Below, in pieces: positions 1 through 11,699 of a stretch of DNA of 64,000 nt. Where the stretch lies: the NCBI GenBank assembly GCA_038496445.1, contig JALMLS010000379.1, forward strand, positions 64,214-128,213, in the 5' to 3' direction. The notes beneath the pieces were generated by a model that did no database searches, was not told where the DNA came from, and worked only from the letters and a program-made list of their open reading frames with translations. Numbering within the stretch: position 1 is the stretch's first letter; the number at the start of each line of letters is the position of its first letter. This DNA is from Trichosphaerium sp. ATCC 40318 (taxonomy: Eukaryota > Protista > Tubulinea). A program made the position numbers and the translations under genes.

Positions 1-527
1 CAAGTATGTTATGTTTTTAGAACCTGAAGACGCAAGTGATTAAAACAAAAAGTGACCTGGATTATGTACTTCTTCTAAGCTTACCACGGATTCCTTAAGC
101 TTGGATATATGTCACAGTTTGTTGAAGTTGGTTTTTTCAGTTTTTATCAAACTAGGCACTTGTGCATCATTATGTCTGCCTTCACTGAAGATCTACTTTA
201 AAGGAAAATTAGCACTACTGCAAAATGATGCACAAGGCTCGTCAGTCAGGTGTACTTTTCTTCAGGTACTTACAAAGGCACTGATTTGTCAGTCATTAAA
301 AGTTTCGAATAGAAATGCTACATGCCAGAACAGCTGAGAGACATACACTAGGTTTGGGCTGAAAAACTTGTAACATTTCTGGTCTTGGTACATTATCACC
401 AGTGTCCTTTGTACCTGTCCGCAAATACCTGTAATATTACAAGGTTTATGTAATTTTACTATGTTTAAAAATGCTTATTTGGAATCCAAAGCACAGCAAC
501 TAACAAAAAACCTTTTTATCTCAAGAA

Positions 528-1885
528 TTATTTCAACCATTCGTCCATTTCAAATTCTACATTTGAGTCTAGAGTAGTGGTACCTGCAAGTTTAAGCAAA
601 CCCTTTGCATATTTCGAAACGCTACAACCAAATGTATAGATACAAAAGGCTCCAGCAAGCGGAACCACCCCTCTATCTGTAATACTTTCATTATGTTTGA
701 CACAAATCCTCCAGACACCTTCAAGCTCCTTAAGACCTTTGTTTGTTATCTTTGTGTGTGCCACATCTATTACGCTAACACCTTTGATGTACTTAAGACC
801 TTTATCACCAATCTTAGTATAGCTAAGGTCTATTGTGTGAACACCAGATAAAAACCGTAGTCCTTTATCTGTGATGCCAGTACATCGTGATAGCAATACT
901 GTATGTGCTCCTGACAAACCTCTTATGCCCTGATCTGTTATTGAGCGATTTTTCCTTAGATTGATATACTGTACACCTGAGAGCGCATTGATTCCTTCAT
1001 CTGATACATCGACTCCCCTCAGGTCAATTCTTTTGACACCAGCAAGTGCTTTTATTCCTGAATCTGAAACGTTGAAACAGTTTGGTAGATATATCGTGTG
1101 TACGCCAGACAAGGCAGCCAAGTCTCTATCACTCACTTCTGTACTACCTAGATTAATCTCGTATACACCCGCCAAGTGACGGATACCTCCAGTGATATTT
1201 TTACAACCCCATAAGTCAATTGAATGGACACCTGCAAAAGTTACTAAACCGACTCTTGTCACCTTTGTTTGAGGTATCTTGATCTTGTACACTCCCTTTA
1301 AGTCTTGAATACACTCATCTCTTACACTTGTACAACTCAAATTGATTGTCGTAACGCCAATTAAAGGCTTTAGGATATCCCTTGTGAGTCCTCTACACCG
1401 TACAAGATCAACATGTTTAGCACCTGCAAATTGTTTTATATTCTCAGATGAGTACAATACAAACTTTGTTTTTTTGAGTATGTTATGCTGTGGTGAGAAT
1501 GATGTATCTGCTTTTTTCCTAAAGTGATACACACGGTATCCAACAAAAAATCTGAAAGCACGCATAAAAGTGAGACAAGTTCTTGTTGCTGTCCATCTAT
1601 CTGAATCTGGAAGGAAGCCAAGTATTAGACATAATACCTCATTAGGGAGACATAAAAGCTCAGATTGCGCTTGACATGAAGTAACATCACGTGGACGTGG
1701 TTTGCTGGTAAGAATACTTCTCAATGAGGTTATTGAAAAGCATAATACAGTGTACACCAATCGGTTTAACGCCTCTAATAGCTCAGAGCTATACGAACGT
1801 GGTTCAGGGTCGCAAAGATGTACTATTTACAGTCTTTTAGTAAGAAAGCTGCTATTGAATGATTACCTGAGGGGTTTGTAAACAT
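528..1885 (-). CDS. F-box plus leucine-rich-repeat protein
   Basis: F-box motif LLCLPNEVLCLILGFLPDSDRWTATRTC followed by ~22-aa LRRs (LxGVHxIDLSxTxVSDxGLxx). ATG at 1885 joins the long ORF through one short GT-AG intron (~1824-1866); the rest is intronless. Confidence 0.85.
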
Positions 1886-2154
1886 TGCTGGTAGTGTTTT
1901 GTTTTACAACGCTCCTTCAACTTCAATTTAGAAGTTGCTTCTGTTCTCGTCAATTTTATTCAATCCATGCTCCAAAAGGCAAAAGTAAACTGATTTGTGC
2001 ACGTGTAAGCTAACATGTACCAATACGATTCCATTTAGATTCATTCATACACGTATTAGAGTCTTGTTGCTCGTAGAACAGTTGATATGTCTTAAGTTAA
2101 TTTTATTTACTTGTGCGCAAAGTTACAAGTTGGTGCCTTGCTCTTATCTTTTAA

Positions 2155-2631
2155 TCATTTTACAAGGAGATATAAAATAGCAATCGGACCCCATATCAAC
2201 AAGGCAACCAAAGGAAAATTATACACAAATACAACAAAAATAGGAAGAAAAATCATTAAGCAACCCAGAACACCAATAACTCTTGACAATTTTTCAACAA
2301 GCCATACTACTTTAACAATATGTTTGCTATGTCTTATTAAAGGATTTCCCTTCCATCCCATAGTAGCAAGGAGAAAACCAACAATGAACGGAAGCATACC
2401 AGGAGCAAGCAAAATAATCATTATTATAGTCAAAATATCACGTGATGCTGTCTTTGTCTTACGCAACTGGTCAACATACTCCTTTAATATAAAGTCAGTG
2501 CTAATCCAGGTTGACTGAATAGAAGAATCGTATCTACGAACCTTGTCAAGCTTGTAATGTTCTGCTCCTGCCAATACTTTACCCAAATATCTTGCTGATG
2601 GTTTTCGCTCAAATTTCGCGCCCTCGCCCAT
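2155..2631 (-). CDS. hypothetical membrane protein (2-4 hydrophobic helices)
   Basis: 158-aa ATG-initiated ORF with hydrophobic hairpins (ILTIIMIILLAPGMLPFIVGFLL; VIGVLGCLMIFLPIFVVFVYNFPLVALLIWGPIAILYLLV). No family recognised. Confidence 0.5.
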   Translation of the reverse strand: MGEGAKFERKPSARYLGKVLAGAEHYKLDKVRRYDSSIQSTWISTDFILKEYVDQLRKTKTASRDILTIIMIILLAPGMLPFIVGFLLATMGWKGNPLIRHSKHIVKVVWLVEKLSRVIGVLGCLMIFLPIFVVFVYNFPLVALLIWGPIAILYLLVK

Positions 2632-3595
2632 CCCGAGAGTTGATGCGTCAATTACCCTACCATCATAGCATGTAACAGATGCTTTCTAAAGTTTATTACG
2701 CTCAATCAAAAGTCTATATCGGCAAGTAAAAAGAACACACCACTTGAACATAATCTGGGCTTTCACTCCCTATTACTTTTGCATAGTCATCAACAGTAAG
2801 ATTATATAGAACACCATGCACGTGTTCACCATGTTTTGGTCTTATAGCAGCAAATCCTGGTTCGACAAACGGAAATCCCTATGTGGTTTTAGCTGGAATT
2901 CAAGTGCGTAACTCTGGAATTGACCGGATTAACGATAAAAAAGATTATCGATAGTTTTCTAGCATCGAAACGGTCCAAGTAATACTGCTTATAGCGTAAA
3001 ACATACTTTTAGGCCGTAGTAAAATTGCCAATCCTTTAACACACCAGGAGAAGCCTCTATAGGTCTATTATTGTATAAGAATGCGTAAAAGACTGTTTGT
3101 AGCGTACTTTGTCCTTCTCTTTACCTCCATTACGCTTGGGTCCATATTAGATCCATACGCGAAGTACCATATCGTTTCTGTGTCGTCTGTCATACTGTTT
3201 TCTGTTTTTTAAACATTTAACTTAACATGTTTGAATTGAGACCGTCACGTTCTTGTAATTGGGTAATTGTTTACCCGCCGGCACATCTTTTCATACCACA
3301 ACTGATTAACGTTTAGTTGCCTTTTTCATACCTTATTTATCCTTCTAAAACAGGTACATCAAACCGATACCTAAAGACGAAAACTCAGTTTTTTTGGAGT
3401 AATTAATCTTGTTTTGACTGTTTTTTCCAGCCTGGTTGAGAACAATCAAAGAGTTAAACCGGAAATCAAGAGAACTCACAAGCATTACCAGTCACCTATA
3501 CACCTTATTTCGCTCATAGTGGTTTAAAAGTCAGTTTATTTTAATTACAATTGTACAAGGTTTTTTAGCTAAATGAAAATGGCTACAGGCGATTT

Positions 3596-4006
3596 CTACC
3601 ATTCGTCGTCCAAACAATAATCGTCGTATTCTTCTTCGTCTTTTAAATGAAAGATTAAGGCACAACCACAGTTTCTACAGTCTCCTTTACCAGCTGATGA
3701 GTATTCAAAACATCTGGTGCAATTTGAGCAAGCGAAACATTGTTTTGCGCCACTGGCTTCAGATTTACGCTGCCTGGCGTTCTTTATTGGTTCCTCAGGC
3801 GTCTCTGTTGTAGCAGAATCCTCTTCGAAATTGTTTTCAGTAAATTGTGGTTTTGATGTATTTTCGCCGTCTATTTCCATTGGGGTAACGTCTGTAGTGT
3901 TTTGAGGTGTTGTACTTTTGTTTTGGGCTTTTTTTGCTTCTCGCTCTGCAAGCATGCGAGCATGCCGCTCGCGGTCCGACATATGCGAACTAGGCGTTGG
4001 ATCCAT
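3596..4006 (-). CDS. small protein with C-terminal Cys/His metal-binding motif
   Basis: First in-frame ATG (MDPTPSS) at 4006; charged, low-complexity N-terminus, then CFACSNCTRC-x10-CRNCGCALIFH and an acidic tail. Confidence 0.7.
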   Translation of the reverse strand: MDPTPSSHMSDRERHARMLAEREAKKAQNKSTTPQNTTDVTPMEIDGENTSKPQFTENNFEEDSATTETPEEPIKNARQRKSEASGAKQCFACSNCTRCFEYSSAGKGDCRNCGCALIFHLKDEEEYDDYCLDDEW

Positions 4007-4422
4007 TGTGTAGTCTACAAAAAATACAAAATAACCGAATTTTCGCTCAACGCATACTGTTAACAGAAAAGTCTTCAAACAAGTGGTAATGTTAGAAATT
4101 TTAAATGAAAAGGCAGATGTAGACTGCAAGTTGCTGAATGTGTCAAACAAGGTTGCAACACTTAGTTGTAACTGTTGTAACTAGGTATTTCTGTAACACG
4201 ACAAACGTACGTCTTTAATACAGGATGAACGTGTATCAAGGATTGAAAAACGGCTTAATAGAACATAAACTCATTAAGCTGAAGAGTGACGAATCCATGA
4301 GCCACGTGAAAACTTGAACAAAATAAACAAAGGATTTTATTTATAACACTTATAAGTATTGCATAGCAAGAGGTTAATCGGGGCAGATATGCACCCAATG
4401 ATAGAAAAGAAAGAGAAACAAT

Positions 4423-6731
4423 TTAATATATATCCATAGAGTTCACAAACATCTTGTGCCTGTACACGCGTGTTAATATCAACATTGTTGAAAAAACTAG
4501 AGCCGTACAAATCATCTGGAGACGCTTGTTTTGGTGAAAGCTTTGTTACACGATGTTGAGGTAAAGTTCCTTAATACTGATTAATTCCAATTCTGAAAAC
4601 AAAGATAAAATAAGCCAGTACCTTGTACAAGGTTGTCAAGGAAGTCATCTTTGCACCCAACTTTTCTGAGACCACCTGGTACGTTCAATCTTTGCATATA
4701 CTCAACGATCATATCAGACAATGCTCCAGACTTTTCTGACCTGTTGATCGTTATAAGTACCAGTTGTATTTCACGTTTCGTACTGTGTTGACTCAACACC
4801 AAGTACTTCAGCGGCTCTAGCAACGCGGTCTGTACGTGCAGGTTCGATGAACTAGTATTATTTATAAGTATACATAAAATAATACAAAACGCACTTTAAA
4901 TACTGCTGGGGCATGCAATACAACAGACACTACAAGTAAAGCGTTAAGTATGCTCGAAATACTCTAGAAACGTACATCCATGTGGAATAAGTGGATAGTC
5001 GAAGCCATCAGCAGTATAAGACTTGAGTTGGCTACTAACAGGATAGGACATGCCGTGCTAGTAAATGTAAGCATTTAGTTACCCACTGTTTGAGTAACGT
5101 ACGCAAAGGTGAACTCCAGCAGTACCTACAAACGGAAAGTTAGGTCAGAGGGAAAAAAAACGTTTTTTGGTTGGAATACCAAATCCAATTCCAGCGTATG
5201 TCGCCGCTAGTATCATCTGTGCACGTGCTTCCTCATCGCTTGGATCCTCAACAGCACGGTAAAAGTACTTTTGAAGAATTTTCAAAGCATAGAGAGACCA
5301 CACATCAGAAATAGCTGTTTTCTAAGTCAAAGAAAAAAGCAAGAAAATACGTCATATCACGTGATAAGAAAAGAAAAAGATACGATTCGACCCTTGGTAT
5401 GCAGGTCTGACATTTGGCGTTTCTGGTCGCGGACCTCTAGCATTGAAGGGAATAGCTGTGTACGATCTAAATTGAATAAGTATTTTTCTAATACTTCTAG
5501 TTGTACTCTAATGCGTGGCATAAAACGTCAAACCCAGCATAAGTCGCTACAGATCTAGGTTGTGTTGCTGTGTTTTCAACGTCAACCAACTAGCGCAAAG
5601 TGAGATCCGAAATAAATATGTTACGTACACCAAGAGTAGGCTTGAGGGAGCGATGAGCAATACCTGTCTTCGCTTTCATGTCCTCAAAATCGAAAATAGC
5701 AATACCTACAAGGGTTAAGAAGTCAACAAAAAAAAATCACATTCATTGTGAATTAATAGAACAAAAAAGTACCTGTAGCTTCACTACCAGTTCCGGCAGT
5801 AGTAGGAATAGCAATAAGTGGTTTAAGAGGTCCAGGAGGCGGTTTTGCTATTAGTTTGAATTTTAACTACAAATTCTAAAATCTTTTCGTATCACGTGCC
5901 TTTACCGATTGGTGCATTTACGTAATCCAAAAAATCAGTTGTTGGGTGCGAAGAATACAAGTTAGCAGCTTTCGCAGTATCAATTGTAGAACCACCGCTA
6001 TCGTAGCAACATCAGTGTACAGGCATTCGTAAAAATTCAAGTAAACAGCGTACCCTACTGCAATAAAACCGTCAACCTCGCTATCTTGAGCGAACTTGAT
6101 AGCATGCTTGAACGACACATCAGTAGGTTCTACTTTTGTGTCCCTATCAATGTGTAAGTACGATGAAAAAACCGGACAAACAAACATTTTGTTTTCATGA
6201 AAAGTTTTCCTAATTTGAAACAAGGGCATTTCGTTTTTTCACTTTTCCCAAACGGAAACAGAATGCTTCGTACTTGTACACAACATAGTTGACCTTGTTA
6301 TCAACAAGAGATTGTTCTACCTTCGAAAGAGGGCCATCTTTTATTTTGGCGATGTTCTAAGGTGAAGTGAGCTAGAAACCGCCATGAAACGTATAGAGAG
6401 CGTACTTTATCTGTAAAAACAGCGACTTTGGAACCTACACATTTACAAAAAACGTTAAAACGAAGAAATACCCTTAAACGGCCTACGACTTACATTTCAA
6501 GTGTACCATATCTTTACCAACCTCTCTTGTTACGCCCTTACCATACCTGAATGGCGTTTAGTTAACGCCGTTTGATTTTATGTTGTAGTCCATGTACCTG
6601 ACATTAGAAGTAGCCATTTCAAAGGCGTAGTCAGTTTCATCGCCTCCTACGGTGTAAAAGGTACGCTTGGTATTTGTGACGCGCTTAGTGCGTTGTGGAG
6701 CGTATTGTCTAGTCAATGCGGTACGTAGCAT
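4423..6731 (-). CDS. ADHFE1: mitochondrial hydroxyacid-oxoacid transhydrogenase (iron-containing ADH family), multi-exon
   Basis: Spliced translation gives [82 protein letters not shown]; Arg-rich N-terminal presequence. Confidence 0.95.
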
Positions 6732-7154
6732 GTTGTTTTCAGTTGATAGGCCTGTTTTCTTTCGCCGTGCGGTGCCTTAACGTGCGGACAATTTGCAAAA
6801 AATGAGCCGAATGTGATTCTAACTGAAATACGTTTAAGTTGTGTGAGTTTTTCGGAGAGTAGGCGACTCTTTTAAATCGCTAGTTGAGGGATATAGATTA
6901 CTTACCTTATCGCAAAGGCATTAGCAACGCTTATGGGAGCAATTGTAAACAGCACACGACATGCTAGCGAAAAACAGTCGCAGTTACCGCGTGAGCTTAC
7001 ATACAATCTTCGTACCCTGTGCTAGTTGTCACATCAATGTCGGTAGTAGTTTTTAGCTTGAGCTCTGTTTCTACTTTCATCAAAAAAAAACTCACGTGAC
7101 TTGAAAAAAGACAACTTTGGACATAAAAAGTCTTTCGTTTATGGATTTATACAT

Positions 7155-9619
7155 TTAAGAGGACATTGACTCTCTTGCTTTGACTGGAGTGTAATCTGTC
7201 GCTGCCATAGCTCCAGCTAATCCGCTCTTATTTTCATCTGGAAGACAACCTTGTACATAATCCGTTGTAGTTGGTCCGGCAATGCCAATTTTACGTAATT
7301 TCATTGCTTCTGATTTTCTTCTTACTTTCTTAACTTCCACACCCAACAAACACTTTCTTGATGCCCAATATATAACAGCTATTGTCAACTTAAAAAACAA
7401 AGCGTCAGTACTCATAAAAGAAAAACTTGTATATCAATGACATACCGGTATAACCAAGATACAAACAGTTCCAACTGCAATCAATATCCATGCCCATAAA
7501 GGCATACCAGAACCATCGTTACACCCTGTGTTTAGGATATCTATACTGAAGAGAGTATCGGCATAATTAGGATCTACATCAACATCTCGACAAGTCTGAG
7601 TATCAACAATTATTTCTTCAAAAGTCCCATTGTGACACGTGTAATGTATTGCGTCTATTGTACTTGAACCAGGTCTTGGGTTCTCAAGTTTTAAGTTTCC
7701 TGAAAAATTGACACATCCACGTATTGTTATTGTGCTATCTCCGAGAATGGTTATTGTGTTTGATGAGTTCAATGTTACGTTTCCAATGATCACAACATCT
7801 ACGTCTATGATAAAATTGTCATTGATCGTTGTTGTGTTCTTCCTCTTTAGCGTCCAAGTGCCATTGATACATTCGATGTCATTTTCCTCAAACTCGAGCC
7901 TTGTTGGATCACACTGAATTCCTATTTGTTTACGTTCAGCATTCAGTGTTTCTAAACTTACTTACCATTTGGTGGATTTGTTTGTGTTGGCGGGTCAGTC
8001 ATAGGCACTGAAGTGGTGGGAGACACAGTTGTAGTGTTTGGCTGTGTGGGAGGTAGTGATGAGTTAAAACTTGGAGCTGAAGGCGCCGAAGTATTCATAG
8101 TTGAAGGCATTTGTGTTGCGTTATCGAAACTTGGAGCTGTAGGCGAAATTATAGGCGTTGGTGCAATAGGAGGTAGCGTTGTAGGTGTCAATGTTGTTGG
8201 TGTAATTGTTGTTGGTGGTTGCGTGGTGGGCGATATCGTTGGGGGCACAGGAGGTGGCAGTATAGTAAGTGACGAGCTTGGTGGCGAATGACAAATCTCA
8301 ACTATATCATCATATACCGCTGGAAAGTTCATATCCTAAATGGCTTCGTTATTAGTAGACCCACTCAGTTTTAGTATTATTAGTACTATCTTATGTGTCC
8401 ACGAACGATATGTTGAACCGCGATTTCCTTTAATGATAGCATTAAGATTTCCTGAATCTCCTGGAGCGATGCTATTGATTTGAAAAGTACATTCCTAACA
8501 GGGGAAAAACACGTTAGATCAGTATGTACACAAACTCATTACGTACTATTGTCTCGTTTTGTAGTAGTGTTATGTTACTAGCTAGGAAAGTGGAAGTCGT
8601 ATTATCGATAAAAACCTATGCCAAGTATAAGAAAAATGATAAACACGTGAGAACAACTTTAAAAAAACAAATTTAAAGATTACCAAAACTAGTCACTAAC
8701 ATTTGCAGGTATAGAGCAAGAAGTATTTGAAACAGTACCCAAAGTAGGAGGAAATGCGAAAGATATATCTATTATTTGAGAACCAGCAGGAACCTTCAGA
8801 TAGTTATGACAGGAGATAGCAACCGGGACAGCACTTCCTATTCTTCCAATTAAAAAAAAAATTTACATTTCTTTTCTTTGTACCTATCGCCGTCTCTGAA
8901 ATGTTTATCGTATGCCAGCACATTACAGATGGAATAACGCATACTGGTACTAAATCTAGGTTCACATCTACTAAATTCCCTATGATACTCATTGTGATTG
9001 ACGTCACATTTCTATAAGCATCAATAGGATCTGCGAAAGGTACACATGTAATACTAGCTCCTGGTTGAATTTGTGGAACCGTAATACTTGTCTCCAAAGG
9101 CTCTAAATGACTAGAACTAGTAGTAATGAACGTTATATTAGCCTGATCAACCCTCGATAAGTCCCTGGAATCACCAGTTACCATCCAACAGTCTAGTCGT
9201 TGTAAATTTCAAAAAAAGGAAAAAAGATCCACATGAAAAAAACACAGAATAACAAAAGACTTACCTCCTATTTCTGCCAGGTTTAAAGGTGACGCTAGTG
9301 TTCCGCCTTCTCCATCGTATGTTACGGAACATGAGCCAATTGTAGCGTTGTCGGTTCTAAATACGAACGTATCGTTCCCCCACGTGCAAGTTACGTCTCC
9401 TCCGCTAGTCCACGTGCTTACCATGCGTCGGAAACCTCCAATGACGTTAGCTAGTCTTTCGCTTTGTAATACTGCTTCAGTGTTGTTCATGTTCGCTATC
9501 AGAGTCGTCGTAGTATTCTGATTTAAGAAATCAAGCATTGGAGGCACGGAACGAGGAAAAGGGGCATAAGATGGTGAAATAATAGAGGTAATTATTGTTA
9601 ACACAATAATAAGCCACAT
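7155..9619 (-). CDS. type I membrane glycoprotein with Pro/Thr-rich mucin-like stalk
   Basis: Signal peptide MWLIIVLTIITSIISPS, many NxT/S sites, PPT/PTT-rich exon (7958-8332), TM helix (MPLWAWILIAVGTVCILVIP...), short cytoplasmic tail with YTPV. Confidence 0.75.
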
Positions 9620-9852
9620 ATGAACGTCACGTGAAAGATAGTTTTTTGGTAGTTATGGAACTTCAGAAATATGTACATTCAAGTCATTTCTTTTCTGTCG
9701 GTTGAGTTCATGTGAACCAAAAATCCAACTAGCGTGGGTCCATTTAATTGACGAAAAAGGAGGTATTTTGATGGAAGATTTATAGGTAAGCATGCTAGAT
9801 GCCGATATGCTGGATTATATTGCAAACATTTTTAATAGCATAGAAAAACAGT

Positions 9853-11556
9853 TTATTGCTCAGCCCAAGGTTTTTCTTGAATATTAGAATAGTCGTGGGT
9901 TTCTTTTCTAGGCTTTGGCACACAAACACAAATTACAACCATTCCTATCGCCACACCACCAAGTAGTAATACCATAAGACCCCACCACGGGAAACAAGCA
10001 CGTGATTCTTTTGCACAAATAATCTTTTTATGGAAAAACAAAGTTAAAAAAAGAAGAACTGCTGATTTAAATTCTACGTACATCAGTATGACCATTTGCG
10101 TCCCAATCATAGTCAAAGTATTTCTTACTTGGGTTCTCCTAAAACCTTTTAGTTTGTTTCGAGATTTATGTTTAGTTTGGTGCAGTGGTAAGTCATACCT
10201 TTAAAAAAGCCAATGTTTTATCATCTACCCAAGGCATACCATTATAAAGTATGTCACCAGCAATAATCCATTTCAACTACAAAATATACGTTATTATATT
10301 GTCAAGAAGACTGCAAGTTCCAAAAGAAGTCATGGGAGTTTAAAACAACCAATTAGGAGCTTCAAACTTACTACATCGCCGTCACCTTTCTGATTTGGCT
10401 TGAAATCACCAGCGAACCTAGTACCATTTTAAGTAACACTTAGATATTGGACAAGTATTACCAAAAGAAAATATGCGAAAGTGTTACTTCACTAGCAGCC
10501 CTACGAACACATAATTGTTAACAGATCAAGCCTTTTGCCAAAGAAAAACGCACCTATCTTGCGCCATGCCTTTTCCAGGGTTTGTAAGAAACTGAACAAC
10601 TTGATCATGCATTTGCTCATCAATACGTGAAGGTATATAAGACTCGTTCCTTAGATATAAAGTAAGCCAGAGGCTACTAACATTGAAAAGGGTTTAACCT
10701 CAAATTAGGACAAGAGATAGAAGCACAAACGATACAAGTATGTAGTCTGGAATCCTCAGCAAAAAGTTTGTTATTTTTAGCAGGGTTCCTCAACATGTCC
10801 TAAAGATACTGTTATACTTTCAATCACGTGATCAAAGTATTATATTCTTACCTCAACGTCATCAAGGCTGTAATCCTTACCTGCAACAATGCCTGCTTGG
10901 AGACCCCATACAGAAATATAAAAGGAAGGCTGCTGAACATCAACTTGTCTTATTGAATCTAAAGGTCCGCAAGAACCAAACAAGTCCTCCTTACATGGAT
11001 TTCTTATGATCTAAAATAGCAATGAACAGTTGGAGGTTGTAGCCAGATGCGTCATTGTTACATTAGGTTGTTTATTACGTACAGTGTTTACCGCAAAAAT
11101 GTTGTAGACATTTAACCAAAAAGCATACCACTCTTTCCTATTTTTTCTGTTTTAGAAAGTTCTGACTGTTATTCTTTTTACCTAGGAAGTGCCTCTGGCA
11201 ATGTAGCATTGTATTGAAGTTGTTCAAGAAGCATGCCTAGTTTTGGAGAAGCGCTAATGGCTTTATAATCAACAATGTTTAAATCAATGCTATTCTTCGC
11301 TTCTAGTACGCAGTTAAAGCGCCACGCTGATATAATCGACGTACTGAGAGATTTAGAATTTCCTGGTTTAACATTAGCACTCATTAAATCTTGCCTACGC
11401 TATTTTAGACAAGGTAAACGTAAATCACGTGATTTATGAGAAGTAATACCAAAGCTTGAAATCTACACCAGCTATTTCATATTTATTCACTTCCTGACCT
11501 TTCCCAGAGGTTATACAACAAATAAACAACACGAGTATAAAGCCGTAGTCCCACAT
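9853..11556 (-). CDS. DUF547-domain type I membrane protein
   Basis: Signal peptide, VDYKAI, AFWLNVYNIFAV, YSLDDVE, DSRLHTCIVCASISCPNLR (DUF547 motifs), C-terminal TM helix and tail with YSNI. Confidence 0.85.
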
Positions 11557-11699
11557 GATACCAACGGGTGCTTTTGGAAACGGAACAAGTATTTGCCAAC
11601 CAAAAACCATCCAGGTTGTTTTAGGCGTTGATGGTAGTCTCTTTATCAGTAAGCCTTGTAAACAAAGGAAGATATGTATTTATTGGTTTTTTACAACGT

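Noticed and set aside
7958-8332. Gly/Val-rich plus-strand ORF 8013-8291 and similar antisense ORFs (16896-17483, 59346-59600, 61370-61690)
   Set aside because: Antisense shadows of real low-complexity exons.
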